Positions 1 to 10,660 of a DNA stretch of 24,093 bases are shown piece by piece. The notes under the pieces are model-generated. The model was not told where the DNA came from and ran no database searches. It saw only the letters and a program-made list of their open reading frames with translations. Location: assembly GCF_006345805.1 (NCBI RefSeq), contig NW_021836967.1:1-24093 (forward strand), in the 5' to 3' direction. Position 1 is the first letter of the stretch. Every line of letters begins with the position of its first letter. This stretch comes from Octopus sinensis. Lineage: Eukaryota. The position numbers and the translations under genes are program-made.

Positions 1-39
1 GTGATTCTTCATTGTCTTAAGAATTCCCCACCTTCCTCC

Positions 40-130
40 TCTCTGTCTTCCTCTCTGTTTCTCTTTCTGTGTGTGTGTCTCTCTCTCTCTCTCTGTCTCT
101 TTCGATGTCTCTCTCTCGTTCTCTCTCTTC
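40..130. repeat. (CT)n/(GT)n microsatellite
   Basis: Directly visible CT/GT dinucleotide runs; they explain the Ser/Leu-rich ORF 1..207. Confidence 0.9.
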
Positions 131-229
131 GTCTTTCATATTTATTGGCAAAGACGTTTAAGAAGAGACGGATGGGCCAAGCGCTTTTGCGAAGGAAAAG
201 CGTTTGAAGGATGTGAAACGACGGTGAAG

Positions 230-790
230 GAATAAGAAGCGGGCGAACAGACGGGGAAAGAAAGAGAGTAGGGTAGATGAAGGAGGAGTAGGAAGAGAAT
301 AAAGAGGAGAAGAACAAGATGATGATGATGATGATGATGAAGGTAACGAAGGAGGAAAAGGGGTAGAAGAAGAAGAGAAAAACTATGATGATGATTGATA
401 ATGACGAGGATGAAGAAGAAGAAGAAGAAGAAGAAGAAGAAGAAGAAGAAGAAGAAGAAGAAGAAGAAGAAGAAGAAGAAGAAGAAGAAGAAGATGAAGA
501 AGACGAAGATGAAGAAAGATAAGAAGATGATGATGTTGAAAAAGAAGAAGGAAAATAAGAAAACACGAACAAGAAAATGAAGAGAAAAGAAGAAAAGTAA
601 AGTAATGAAGATGAAGAAAAAGAGAGAAAGATGGAGAAGAAATAGGCGAAGAAGAAGAAGAAAAGGAGGAATGATGAAGATGAAGAAGAAAACGAAACGA
701 AAATGAAGAAGAAAAAGAAGAAGAAGCAGATGATAGTTTTGATGATAATAGTAATAATAATAATAATTGACAAAAGGAAGATTTGGTTAT
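230..790. repeat. Purine-rich GAA/GAT low-complexity tract with a pure (GAA)27 core at 412-492
   Basis: Uninterrupted GAA from 412 to 492, flanked by degenerate GAA/GAT/GAG triplets. It explains the poly-K and poly-S ORFs. Confidence 0.95.
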
Positions 791-864
791 GTAACAAAAT
801 AAAGAGAAATGGTTAATCGAATCAATAGATTAGCTTGCAAAGAAATCCATGAGATCAAATTAAA

Positions 865-1027
865 TAGCGGTGGCCGTGTAGTAAGAGGCTTGCTTCCAAC
901 CACATGGTTCTGTGTTCAGTCCTATTGCGTGGTACCTTGAGCAAGTCACTTCTACTATATAGCCTCGAGCGCCGACAAAAGGATTGCAGGTGGATTTGGT
1001 AGACGAAAACTGAAAGACGACCTTCGA
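865..1027 (+). mobile_element. tRNA-derived SINE family A, diverged 5' head only
   Basis: GGTGGCCGTGTAGTAAG (A-box-like) and GTTCAGTCC (B-box-like), followed by GTGGATTTGGTAGACGAAAACTGAAAGA. It aligns by eye to the reverse complement of 3910-4070, 10870-11030 and 19700-19860. Confidence 0.88.
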
Positions 1028-1270
1028 CTGCTGAAATCTATAAGTTTTTTTCTCAATCTCTCTCTGTTTATTCTCTCGTATTTCTTTCTGCTGAAGAGCG
1101 TAGGCTCGAAATGTAAAGGACTTTTTCAATATATCATAGAATACGATAGACTGTTGAACTATCCCAGAGGAATATTACACCACATTCGCTTAGCTCTACG
1201 AAGCAGGACGTTGTGATGGTCCTTCGAAGCTGCTCTGCTGGCGTTTAATGAGATTCTATTTAAACACGCA

Positions 1271-1349
<79 letters not shown>

Positions 1350-1559
1350 GTGTGTGTGTGTTGATTGTATGTCACTGTGAACATGCTTGTATTTTATATA
1401 TGCCAACACGCATCAACACACAGACACACGCACACACATACACACATGTACGAACGTGTGCGAGTATATATTAATGAATACATGTTTATTTAGATTAAAA
1501 TTCTCGCTTGTATGTGCACAAGCGCTCCAGCATAGAGCAGCCATTATGAGTACGTAATG

Positions 1560-1600
<41 letters not shown>

Positions 1601-1639
1601 TATATACACACACATATTTATATATATATGGATGTATGC

Positions 1640-1671
<32 letters not shown>

Positions 1672-2157
1672 GTAGATGTGATCATGCAGGCGTATTTATA
1701 TACGCCTGTATATGCGTGTGTTATGTGTGAAAATAAGCAAACATCTAACGAATTTAAAATTTTATTTTCATTTGTGTGTATATATATACATATGTGTGTG
1801 TGTGTATACGGATGTTTGTGTATATATCTTATCTACAAACCGTACATTTCTGCATTTCTGTGTGTGTGGGATTTCGTAGCTGTTTGTTTGAGCGGGATAA
1901 TACTTTAAACATTTGAACATACACTGGAGCATGCGCAGTTTATTTGGAAAACCCCGTTTCTTGCGTCTTTGCGCACACACGTGTGTCAGATTGTGCTTAT
2001 GGATGTATAGCAATATGTAAACACATTTAAGATATATATATATACATGCTGAATGTGTATATATGCATATAGGTATATATGTATGAATGTCTATATGTAT
2101 AGATATATATATACGTATATGTATATGTATTATATATATTATATATATATAATATAT

Positions 2158-2214
<57 letters not shown>

Positions 2215-2400
2215 GTGTATGTTATACATTTATATGATATATATATTTGCATTATATTACAACGCACACAAACGGGGAAATCCGCGCACACGCACACACA
2301 TGCACACATGTGTGTATCTACAAACATACACACACGAGCGCGCATACACATACACACATATATACACAATGATGTGTGCATGTTTTGTAATAAATTATAC
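1271..2400. repeat. Compound (TA)n/(TG)n/(CA)n microsatellite field with short unique spacers
   Basis: Visible runs at about 1271-1360, 1560-1680, 1775-1830 and 2030-2380. Confidence 0.9.
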
Positions 2401-3209
2401 AAATATATTTAAATAATTTATTAAAAAAACTTCATTTGTCTGTGTATTCTTTTGTTTTCTGAATAATTATTTGTTTTTATTTGTGTATTGTTCATAATAA
2501 CCGAATATATTACACCCACCCTTATATATAGATACACCTAAACACATATACACACTGACATTAATACATATACACACGCACAAGTTCGTATACGCACTTA
2601 TATGGGTGTGTGTACCCCTATGTAATCTCCACATAAAGGTTTTATTAAAAATTCAATTAGTGCGTGTATGTGAGAGCATATATATATGAATCTAAGAGTG
2701 TGTTTGTATGACTGTGCCTGTATATATGTGAATTTCCATTATTAGATGAGATGAAAAGAGGTGAGCTAACATCATTTGCTTTCCCCAAGGAATAATAAAA
2801 TTAAGATTAAGCTTGCTCCATTTACGAAACATTTAATTCAAATAATATTTGATAGCAAAAGAAAACACGTGTTCTTGATACGAGGCATCACAAACCCAAA
2901 ATTTTTAATCGGTTTCTCCATAGAAACACATAAATAAAATCAATTTATCAATACCATGTTGGTTTTTATCTGCGAATATTCGAAACAGAATAATTGAAAT
3001 AAGATTTCTATTGACAAAACTGAGGCTTCTGTTTGTTCAGGCGTTAGACTTACGTAAATCGAGGAAGCTAAAACGTATCTCTCCGGAACGATCTATAGTT
3101 TAAAGAACACACATACACACACTCACACTCATTCACACACGCTCTCCTGCTTGCTCGTTCGCTCACTCGCACATCTGCTTGATGTTGTTTTATTGTGGTT
3201 TTTGCACAG

Positions 3210-3298
3210 CTGAAGCGGAGCTGCATATGGCCAAGTCGATAATGTATTTGGACTCACAATCGATGGATCGTATTCTGAGGCCGCTTACTGTGCCCTGA
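3210..3298 (+). CDS. Candidate 3'-terminal coding exon of an unidentified host gene, (A)EAELHMAKSIMYLDSQSMDRILRPLTVP*
   Basis: T-rich acceptor TTGTGGTTTTTGCACAG|C at 3209/3210, open frame 3212-3295, TGA at 3296-3298. About 290 bp of non-repetitive sequence follows, then AATAAA at 3584-3589 and a T-rich tract. No homology recognised, so chance is possible. Confidence 0.25.
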
Positions 3299-3643
3299 AT
3301 ATATTCAACACACTTAAACCTCATATGGAGCAGTCAATTCCACCGAGCTTGTAGAGGGGCTACACGGCATAAATACAGCAAAACACACCATTCGAAACTG
3401 TGCTCTCTCTGTAAAACAAACGTTCGTTATCTCGTTAGTCTGTAGTGTCGAGTTCAGCTTCTACGGTGGGGATAACTGAAAGCGGTTGTTCGTAACCTTT
3501 GGGGTAGCGCCTTCATGGAGATACTGTGAGCTTACAAAGAACGGAAAATTTCAAAAGGGTGCTAGATCGGGGTGGAGGAAGGGAATAAATAACATTTGTT
3601 TTTTTTTCTAATATGGATATTTAGATTAGTTTCAATATTTACA

Positions 3644-4072
3644 TTTTACTCTTTACTCTCTTTTACTCTTTTATTTATTTCCGTCATTTGACTGTGGCCA
3701 TGCTGGAGCACCGCCTTTAGTCGAGCAAATCGACCCCAGGACTTATTCTTTGTAAGCCTAGTACTTATTCTATCAGTCTCTTTTGCCGAACCGCTAAGTT
3801 ACGGGGACGTAAACACACCAGCATCGGTTGTCAAGTGATGTTGGGGGGGGGGGGACAAACACAAACGCACAAATATATACACACACGTACATAAATATAT
3901 ATATATACGACGGGCTTCTTTCGATTTCCGTCTACCAAATCCACTCACAAGGCTTTGGTCGGCCCAAGGCTATAGTAGAAGACACTTGCACAAGGTACCA
4001 TGCAGTGGGACTGAACCGAGAACCATGTGGTTGGTAAGCAAGCTACTGACCACACAGCCACTCCTACGCCTA
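3644..4072 (-). mobile_element. tRNA-derived SINE family A, full length
   Basis: On the minus strand: head TAGGCGTAGGAGTGGCTGTGTGGTCAGTAGC...GGTTCAGTCCC, a central TA/CA linker, body ...CTGGGGTCGATTTGCTCGACTAAAGGCGGTGCTCCAGCATGGCC and an AGAGTAAA-repeat tail. Two further near-complete copies occur in this window. Confidence 0.93.
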
Positions 4073-4309
4073 TTGTAGTACTTTATATATAAATACGGAT
4101 GGTAAATCAAATTAATACACTTGTCAATGTTATCTAGTGGTTGTCTTTTGAGATGTGACATTGATCATCGTTTGTTACTGAAAGAGCTCTGGTTCACTCA
4201 TACAAACATTCACATACTTCCTTTGTACACGCACACACATACACATTTACTCACACAAAGTTGAAACGCTGTTTGATTTTTCTTTTCGGCGTTGAATGTT
4301 CACTTCCAT

Positions 4310-4321
4310 TGCACACACACA

Positions 4322-4363
<42 letters not shown>

Positions 4364-4405
4364 TTACATACCTCCCTTTTACATACACACACATATACTC
4401 ACACA
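4310..4405. repeat. (CA)n microsatellite
   Basis: Directly visible. Confidence 0.92.
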
Positions 4406-4770
4406 GAGTCGAAACGCTCCCACTACCAGTTTGCCATCACCCCTTACTTCCTTATTCATCTATCACCTCTTCCTTTCTAATTCATATATTGTGACGGAGA
4501 AAAACACAGGAGTATCATTATAGTAGAAGATACTCGGTCACAAGTGACGGTTTTGAAGTTAAGCAATGGGGAAACTATCGGTGGTCCAGCAATACTCTCG
4601 GACCCATTCACCGAAAGACATGCAGGTACACAGCTATTGTTCGATCATATTAAGTGCAATAGTCTGTGTGATATGTGAAACACATCAATTACGAGCTGAT
4701 ATTAATACACAGAAACAATTGTAGTAATTTGAACTAAAGCATGTTCATTCCATCTTCTTGTATTATAACA

Positions 4771-5164
4771 CTAGCAGTATCGACCGGCGTTGCTCGGGTT
4801 TGTAAGGGAAATAACTATATAAGCATTTTTAGAGATGTAAAGTATAATAGCTATCTCAATATGGCTGACCACAAAGTGGGTTGTTACTGTAGCTTTTTAC
4901 GTTCTGAGATTTAATAATACATATTTAGAGAGTTACTTCCCTTATATAATAGCAAAAAATGCATTAAAAATGGGAAAAAATTATGGTAAATTTTTTTTAA
5001 AATCGTAGACTCATCGTAGACGTGCGCGAATACCCAGAAGGGCTCGATATGAATCACAGCTATAAGATACCCGCTTTTGGTTACACTGCACCGCAAAATG
5101 TGAGAGTAGTTAGGAATCTAAATCGTTGGATACAGACACACAACTTCACTTTTATATATAAAGA
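4771..5164 (-). mobile_element. Complete non-autonomous Helitron (394 bp)
   Basis: The minus strand starts A|TCTTTATATATAAAAG (TC at 5164-5163) and ends CCCGAGCAACGCCGGTCGATACTGCTAG|T (CTAG at 4774-4771). It has an imperfect GC-rich subterminal hairpin, an A|T host junction and no TSD, which are canonical Helitron hallmarks. Confidence 0.85.
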
Positions 5165-5377
5165 TATACGTATATATAATACATTGAGGGAATAATTATA
5201 ATCCTGGTTATTGTGTCATTAGTACCTCATGCAGGATCTTGGCTAGCAAAAGGAGATCCGTAAAACTTCGATTAGTATTAAAGAAAGCATTGCACAATTC
5301 CAAAGTAAGATTCAGCAGGCTTAGTATAAGCCCCGCAGTGTGAAAAACAAAAGTAATAATTTAAATGGGGAAGTCAA

Positions 5378-5988
5378 ATTCTTTTCTACTCTAGGAACAA
5401 GGCCCGACATTTTTTGGGAGGGGGCCAGTCGATTAGATCGACCCCAGTACGCAAATGGTACTTAATTTATCGACTCCAAAACGATGAAAAGCTTAGAAAT
5501 ACCTATTTCTTTATTGCCCACAAGGGGCTACACACAGAAGGTACAAACAAGGACAGGCAAACGGATTAAGTCGATTATACCGACCCCAGTGCGTAACTGA
5601 TACTTATTTAATCCACCCCGAAAGGATGAAATGCAAAGTCGACCTCGGCGGAATTTGAACTCAGAACGTAGCACCAGACGAAATACCCGCTAAGCATTTC
5701 GCTCGGCGTGCTAACGATTCTGCCAGCTCGCCGCCTTCGGCTGACGAAATACCTGTTTCTTTATTACCCACAAGGGGCTAAACATATAGGGGCCAAACAA
5801 GGACAGACAAACGGATTAAGTCGATTACATCGACCCCAGTGCGTAAATGGTATTTAATTTATCGACTCCGAAACGATAAAAAGCAAAGTCGACCTCGGCG
5901 GAATTTGAACTGAGAATGTAGCAACGGGAGAAATACTGCTAAGCATTTCGTCCGGCTTACTAACGTTTCTGTCAGCTCGCCGCTTCAC
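5378..5988 (-). mobile_element. Nest of three family-B-type tRNA SINE modules (5378-5503, 5504-5737, 5754-5985) bounded by one 11-bp direct repeat
   Basis: Three copies of the GTCGATTA(G/T/C)ATCGACCCCAGT core. Modules 2 and 3 carry GTCGACCTCGGCGGAATTTGAACT (B-box on the minus strand). GGGGAAGTCAA flanks the nest at 5367-5377 and 5989-5999. Confidence 0.9.
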
Positions 5989-6199
5989 GGGGAAGTCAAC
6001 TTGACATTACAATTGTTTCCGTAAACGGACGATGTCATTTATTCCGTATCTCATAAAATGCTGTGCAATTCATGCAATATTATGTAACACATGGCATAAT
6101 TTAATGAAAATATATAATAATAATCCTACGGTCCGTTCACTTCTTCAGATGTCATGATGTGAAATGCCAAATCATAACATTTGAGGAAGCGAATGGAGC

Positions 6200-6241
6200 G
6201 TGAAAAGATGGAGGACAAATACTTGCCCTCCATCTTTTCAC
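6200..6241. repeat. 42-bp near-perfect palindrome
   Basis: GTGAAAAGATGGAGG-ACAAATACTTGC-CCTCCATCTTTTCAC has perfect 15-bp arms, and the whole 42-mer is two substitutions from a perfect palindrome. Confidence 0.9.
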
Positions 6242-6413
6242 ATGTTCATCTTTATTTCCTTTTGTTTCCTCCTGATATAAGCAAAACGCAAAGTCTGACA
6301 GATGCCCAATGTAAGAGTGCAGCTTTGAAGCAAGTCTGAGGAAGTGCTATTCTAATGTTTAAAACCGCAAATATTACGTAAATTATCACTTTATACTTAT
6401 GCGTGACCTGGCG

Positions 6414-7278
6414 TTGGGTCATCCCATAAATGATGCGGCTTTTCACATTTTCATTTTTCAAAATTAAGATAAACAAAGTTCTTTCTTAATCTAAACTATA
6501 CTCTCCTTCCTTTTATACAATGCTTTTCCATCTATCAGAAGATTTGCAAAGCCCCTCTTCCAAAATTTACTTGTCCGTGACGAAAAATACTCTTCCATTA
6601 CTATTCAGACTTCGTTTACAGAATTCATATTTTTCCCGCCCAAAATGATTTTGAAACCTGTGGAATAAATGATAATCAGATGGGGCAATGGCTGGCGAAT
6701 ACAGTGGATGGGATATCGTTTTCTATTCAAGCAACTCCAGCCTTTGGAATGTCATCCCCGCTGTATCTAGCCGAGCATTGTCCTGATGGAAGAACACCTT
6801 TCGTCTTGAAAGCAAAGATGGTCGATTTTCTTCTAGCGCTTCTTGAATGACTGGTTGAAAGACAAAATCCAAGCTTTTCTGCTAGTTCCTCAACAGTCGC
6901 GATGGGATTTTGTTCTACCAGAGTTTGCAGGACGTCCTCGTCGAGCTCTACAGATCTTCCAGGACGCTCATCTTCTAGGCTGTAGTTTCCCTCTCGGAAT
7001 AACCGTTGATACTGGCTTACACTTATTGTCCGATCTCCATTTTACTGCATTAATATTCCTCACACTTTCCATTGCGTTGTTGTCTTTATTGAACTCATAG
7101 CTTTGAAAAAGAAACTGTTAAAATTGAACTGAACTCCTTAAAACTTGCACTAAGAATAAGGACAAGGTAAAATTACAACCTGCTTTTATAGTAAGTTTAT
7201 GCAGGTAGTTTATCCCATAGTCCTCCGACATTTAGTTCATGCAGTTGAAAAAACTGCATTATTTATGGGATGACCCAA
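6414..7278 (-). mobile_element. Internally deleted mariner (Tc1/mariner DD34D type) transposon, 865 bp
   Basis: 30-bp TIRs TTGGGTCATCCCATAAAT... at 6414-6443 and 7249-7278 (27/30 identical by hand), TA on the right flank, transposase remnant inside. Confidence 0.93.
6486..7100 (-). pseudogene. Mariner transposase pseudogene
   Basis: Manual translation gives an HTH region YEFNKDNNAMESVRNINAV...FREGNYSLEDERPGRS...NPIATVEELAEKLG, then FHQDNAR and YSPAIAPSDYHLF (second and third catalytic Asp motifs). It has stops, frameshifts and a deletion of the first catalytic Asp region. Confidence 0.92.
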
Positions 7279-7337
7279 TATATATATATACATACAAACA
7301 CACACACACACACACACACACCACACACAACACACAC

Positions 7338-7374
<37 letters not shown>

Positions 7375-7420
7375 TGCTCATGGATGACATCCATTCTTCG
7401 TATAGAATACACTTGGTGTG

Positions 7421-7463
<43 letters not shown>

Positions 7464-7478
7464 ATATACACGCATACC

Positions 7479-7510
<32 letters not shown>

Positions 7511-7678
7511 CATACATATATATATATATACATATATACATACATATATAAATATGTATTTGTGTATATATATATTTACATACATATATGTATATATACA
7601 TACATATATATACTCATCCATTCATACATACATATATATACCCATCCATACATACACATACATATATTCATATAGTGT

Positions 7679-7745
<67 letters not shown>

Positions 7746-7830
7746 TTGCATATATATATGCTTGTATTACATATATTTGCGTATTTGCATTTATGCACGC
7801 ATGTATATGCAAGTATGTGTGAGCACAAAT
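7279..7830. repeat. Compound (TA)n/(CA)n microsatellite field
   Basis: Directly visible; a short unique island lies at about 7374-7422. Confidence 0.92.
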
Positions 7831-8530
7831 ACGTGCCTGTATTTGTGTACATATATTTCAAAGTTCCTCTTTTCGCTGCCACTCTGAATTTCTACGTTTG
7901 TGTGTGTATATTTAGGGGTGAAAGTTTAAGGCTCCAGTTTTGGTGATGTGATAACGTAGTAGTTACTTTACAACGGCTCAATATTAAAACGCACGTAGAT
8001 ATATTAGAAATATATTGATAATTTAATTATTTCATATTTTTAATATATAACAGAGAACAATTAAATATCCTGATGAAATTCATAAAACAGACTGCAATAT
8101 TAAAATATTAGAAAAATGGTAATATCAATATAAGCATGAACGTGATTAGTTAAAATTTCTGCTGAGTGTGGGTACTTCAGTAACAAAAGATGTTTTTGAA
8201 GGTAACAAGCGGTGCCGCAAGTTATGTAGTGAAGAACTAATTTGCGTCCAGAACGCCTATCATCTCAACATGAAGTAATAACAATAAAGTATATAAAACG
8301 TAATATTAAAATTGCGGTTAAATATAATGTCTAAGGCATTAATGATATTAAGTAACAAACAAAATTGATTGAATTTTTATAAATTAGGAGACCGATATAA
8401 CCTTGATACATCTTTGTATATGTATCTTTATTATTCCCTATGCATTACGACTCTCACGCAACAAGCACAGACACACATCCATACACATAGAAACACATCC
8501 ATCCATCCGTCTAACCGTCCGCTCGCCTGT

Positions 8531-8538
8531 CTATCTGT

Positions 8539-8604
<66 letters not shown>

Positions 8605-8624
8605 GTCTGTCTGTCTGTCTGTCT
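8531..8624. repeat. (TATC)n followed by (TGTC)n tetranucleotide microsatellite
   Basis: Directly visible. Confidence 0.95.
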
Positions 8625-8645
8625 GATTGAAAGGTATGTCTTCTT

Positions 8646-9080
8646 ATGTGTGTACCCGTTTATGGATGCATAAATGTGCGTGGCCTGGCGTCGAGCTGGA
8701 AACAAGAGCGTTTCCTAAATGACGTCAGGTCACAATATTTAGATGTTATTGTTGCTACTGAAACTCGGTTAAAAGGGCCAAGAGATCTGCTCCCGCTCCT
8801 GAGAGGCTACGAGAAATTCGTTTCTCCAGGTCGGCCGGGGATGGGTGGGTGTTGTTACTACTTAAAAGATACCGAGTTTCAGAGAAAAAGTTAATTTTTT
8901 CTGATCCAGAAGGTAGGCAGGTCGTTTTAGACCTGACGTTCTGTTGTGGTAAGGAAATCAGACTGGTCGCTGTTTATGCACCCAATTCGAGTCAGAATGA
9001 TTATTAGCGAGATTTGAAGAAGTTTCGAGGCACATCACGTCCATTAGTTGTGTTAGGAGACTTTAACACTATCCTCGATG
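8646..9080 (+). pseudogene. L1/Tx1-clade LINE ORF2 apurinic-endonuclease domain remnant
   Basis: CINVRGL, ATETRL, then after a frameshift near 8895 DPEGRQVVLD, VAVYAPN (VYAPN at 8972-8986) and VLGDFNTILD (GDFN at 9056-9067). These are APE motifs in the correct order. Confidence 0.9.
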
Positions 9081-9870
9081 TAATAGGCAATAAAAAGGCA
9101 ACGAAACGTTTGGTGTGGATATGACCAGTGAGTGGTCAGCTCGAAAATGATTTAAACGATTAAAGACTGTCATTGAGAAAGATCCACGTAAATCCATTCT
9201 ATTGTACAAAACACTATTGTACAAAAGTGGATTTTGTACATTAATAAAAAAATTTGCCCTTCGCAGTGACTGGACGAAAATGAAGCACCGAAAACCTTCC
9301 CTAAAATCTAGCTCTTCAAAAAGAAGGTTCTGGTGACTGTTTGGTGGTGTACTGCTGGACTCATACATCATAACTTCTTAAAACCCGGAAAAACCATTAC
9401 TGCAGAAACATGTTGCCATGGAATTGCCAAAATGAACGAAAAGCTGCTACTCCTCCGTCCCAGGTTGGTCAACAGAAAAGGGCTAATCATTCTTCATGAC
9501 AATGCTCGACCATACGTTTCACTAACCACACTCCAGAAGTAGAAAGAACTTGGCTACAAAGTTCTTCCCACCCAGGTTATAACCCCAGACCTTTCTCCTA
9601 CCGACTACCACTTTTTAAAGAAGCTTGATGGTTTCCTGCGAGAGAATGAGTTTAAAAATCAAACCGATGCTGAAAGCGCATTCAAAGAGTTCATCAGCTC
9701 CAGAACTCCAGATTTTCATGTTACCAGAATAAATAAACTTGTAACTCGTTGGCAAAAATATGTTGATTGTAATGGTATTTACATTGATGAATAAAATTTT
9801 CGCATTGTTGAAATATATTGTGATGACTTTCATGTTTCAAAACATTACTTACTTTTTACTGGCTTTGTGC
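9081..9870 (+). mobile_element. Second decayed mariner transposon (different family from 6414-7278); outer boundaries approximate
   Basis: Remnants KWILY (from 9225), KKVLVTVWW, LHDNARP (HDNARP at 9495-9512), PDLSPTDYH (about 9585-9611), TRWQKYVDCNGIYIDE* (stop 9792-9794). It starts at a TA that truncates the LINE fragment. TIRs are too decayed to fix. Confidence 0.9.
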
Positions 9871-10353
9871 CAGAATTTGAGACCATCATTGATTTCGGAT
9901 AGTGGCACAAGGCTAGCTAACATAAGACTCGGTCAGTATGCAGGAAGTGTTTGTACTTGTCATCAGGATTAAGATCCATAAAGGCCCTAAACTCTTAAAA
10001 TATTTTGATTCCCTCGGATACATATATAATTCAAAATATAAACAATAATGAACCATAAAATAGATTTCTATTTTCCTAAACGAAAGAAAACTAACAACGC
10101 TTATGTTATGATTTTTTAAATGTAGTTCCACTTTACTCTGTCACTCTTTTACTTGTTTCAGCCATCTGACTCTGGCCATGCTGGAGCACCGCCTTTAGTC
10201 GAGCAAATCAACCCCTGGAGTTATTCTTTGTAAGCCCAGTACTTATTATATTGGTCTGTTTTGCCAAACCGCTAAGTTACGGAAATGTAAACACACCAGC
10301 ATCGGTTGTCAAGCGATGTTGGTGGGACTAACACAGACACAAAAACTTATACA

Positions 10354-10384
<31 letters not shown>

Positions 10385-10564
10385 AACACATATATCTATA
10401 ATCATGTTATATATATCTATATATATATCTTTCTATACATATATATATATATATATATAATATAATATTATATATATATACAATATATATATATATATAT
10501 CTATATAGATATATATATATATATATTATATATATATAACATATATATATATATAATCGATATA

Positions 10565-10656
<92 letters not shown>

Positions 10657-10660
<4 letters not shown>

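Noticed and set aside
1-797. ORFs 1..207, 9..797 (262 aa) and 395..580 as proteins
   Set aside because: They are translations of CT and GAA/TTC repeats (poly-S/F/K) with no domain content.
1096-1215. Possible exon after the pyrimidine tract at 1045-1090 (SVGSKCKGLFQYIIEYDRLLNYPRG...)
   Set aside because: The AAG acceptor is atypical, the peptide is unrecognised, and nothing corroborates it.
4481-4678. ATG-less open frame of about 65 codons (IYCDGEKHRSIIIVEDTRSQ...)
   Set aside because: There is no convincing acceptor or motif; it is at most a decayed TE remnant.
5235-5304. Possible internal exon (CAG|...|GTAAGA, ILASKRRSVKLRLVLKKALHNSK)
   Set aside because: The polypyrimidine tract is weak, there is no recognisable homology, and an open frame of 70 bp is common by chance.
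7239-7946. 235-aa ORF and the many other YI/HT/CV-rich ORFs (e.g. 1413-2416, 20099-23560)
   Set aside because: (TA)n, (CA)n and (TG)n lack stops in some frames, so these are microsatellite artefacts.
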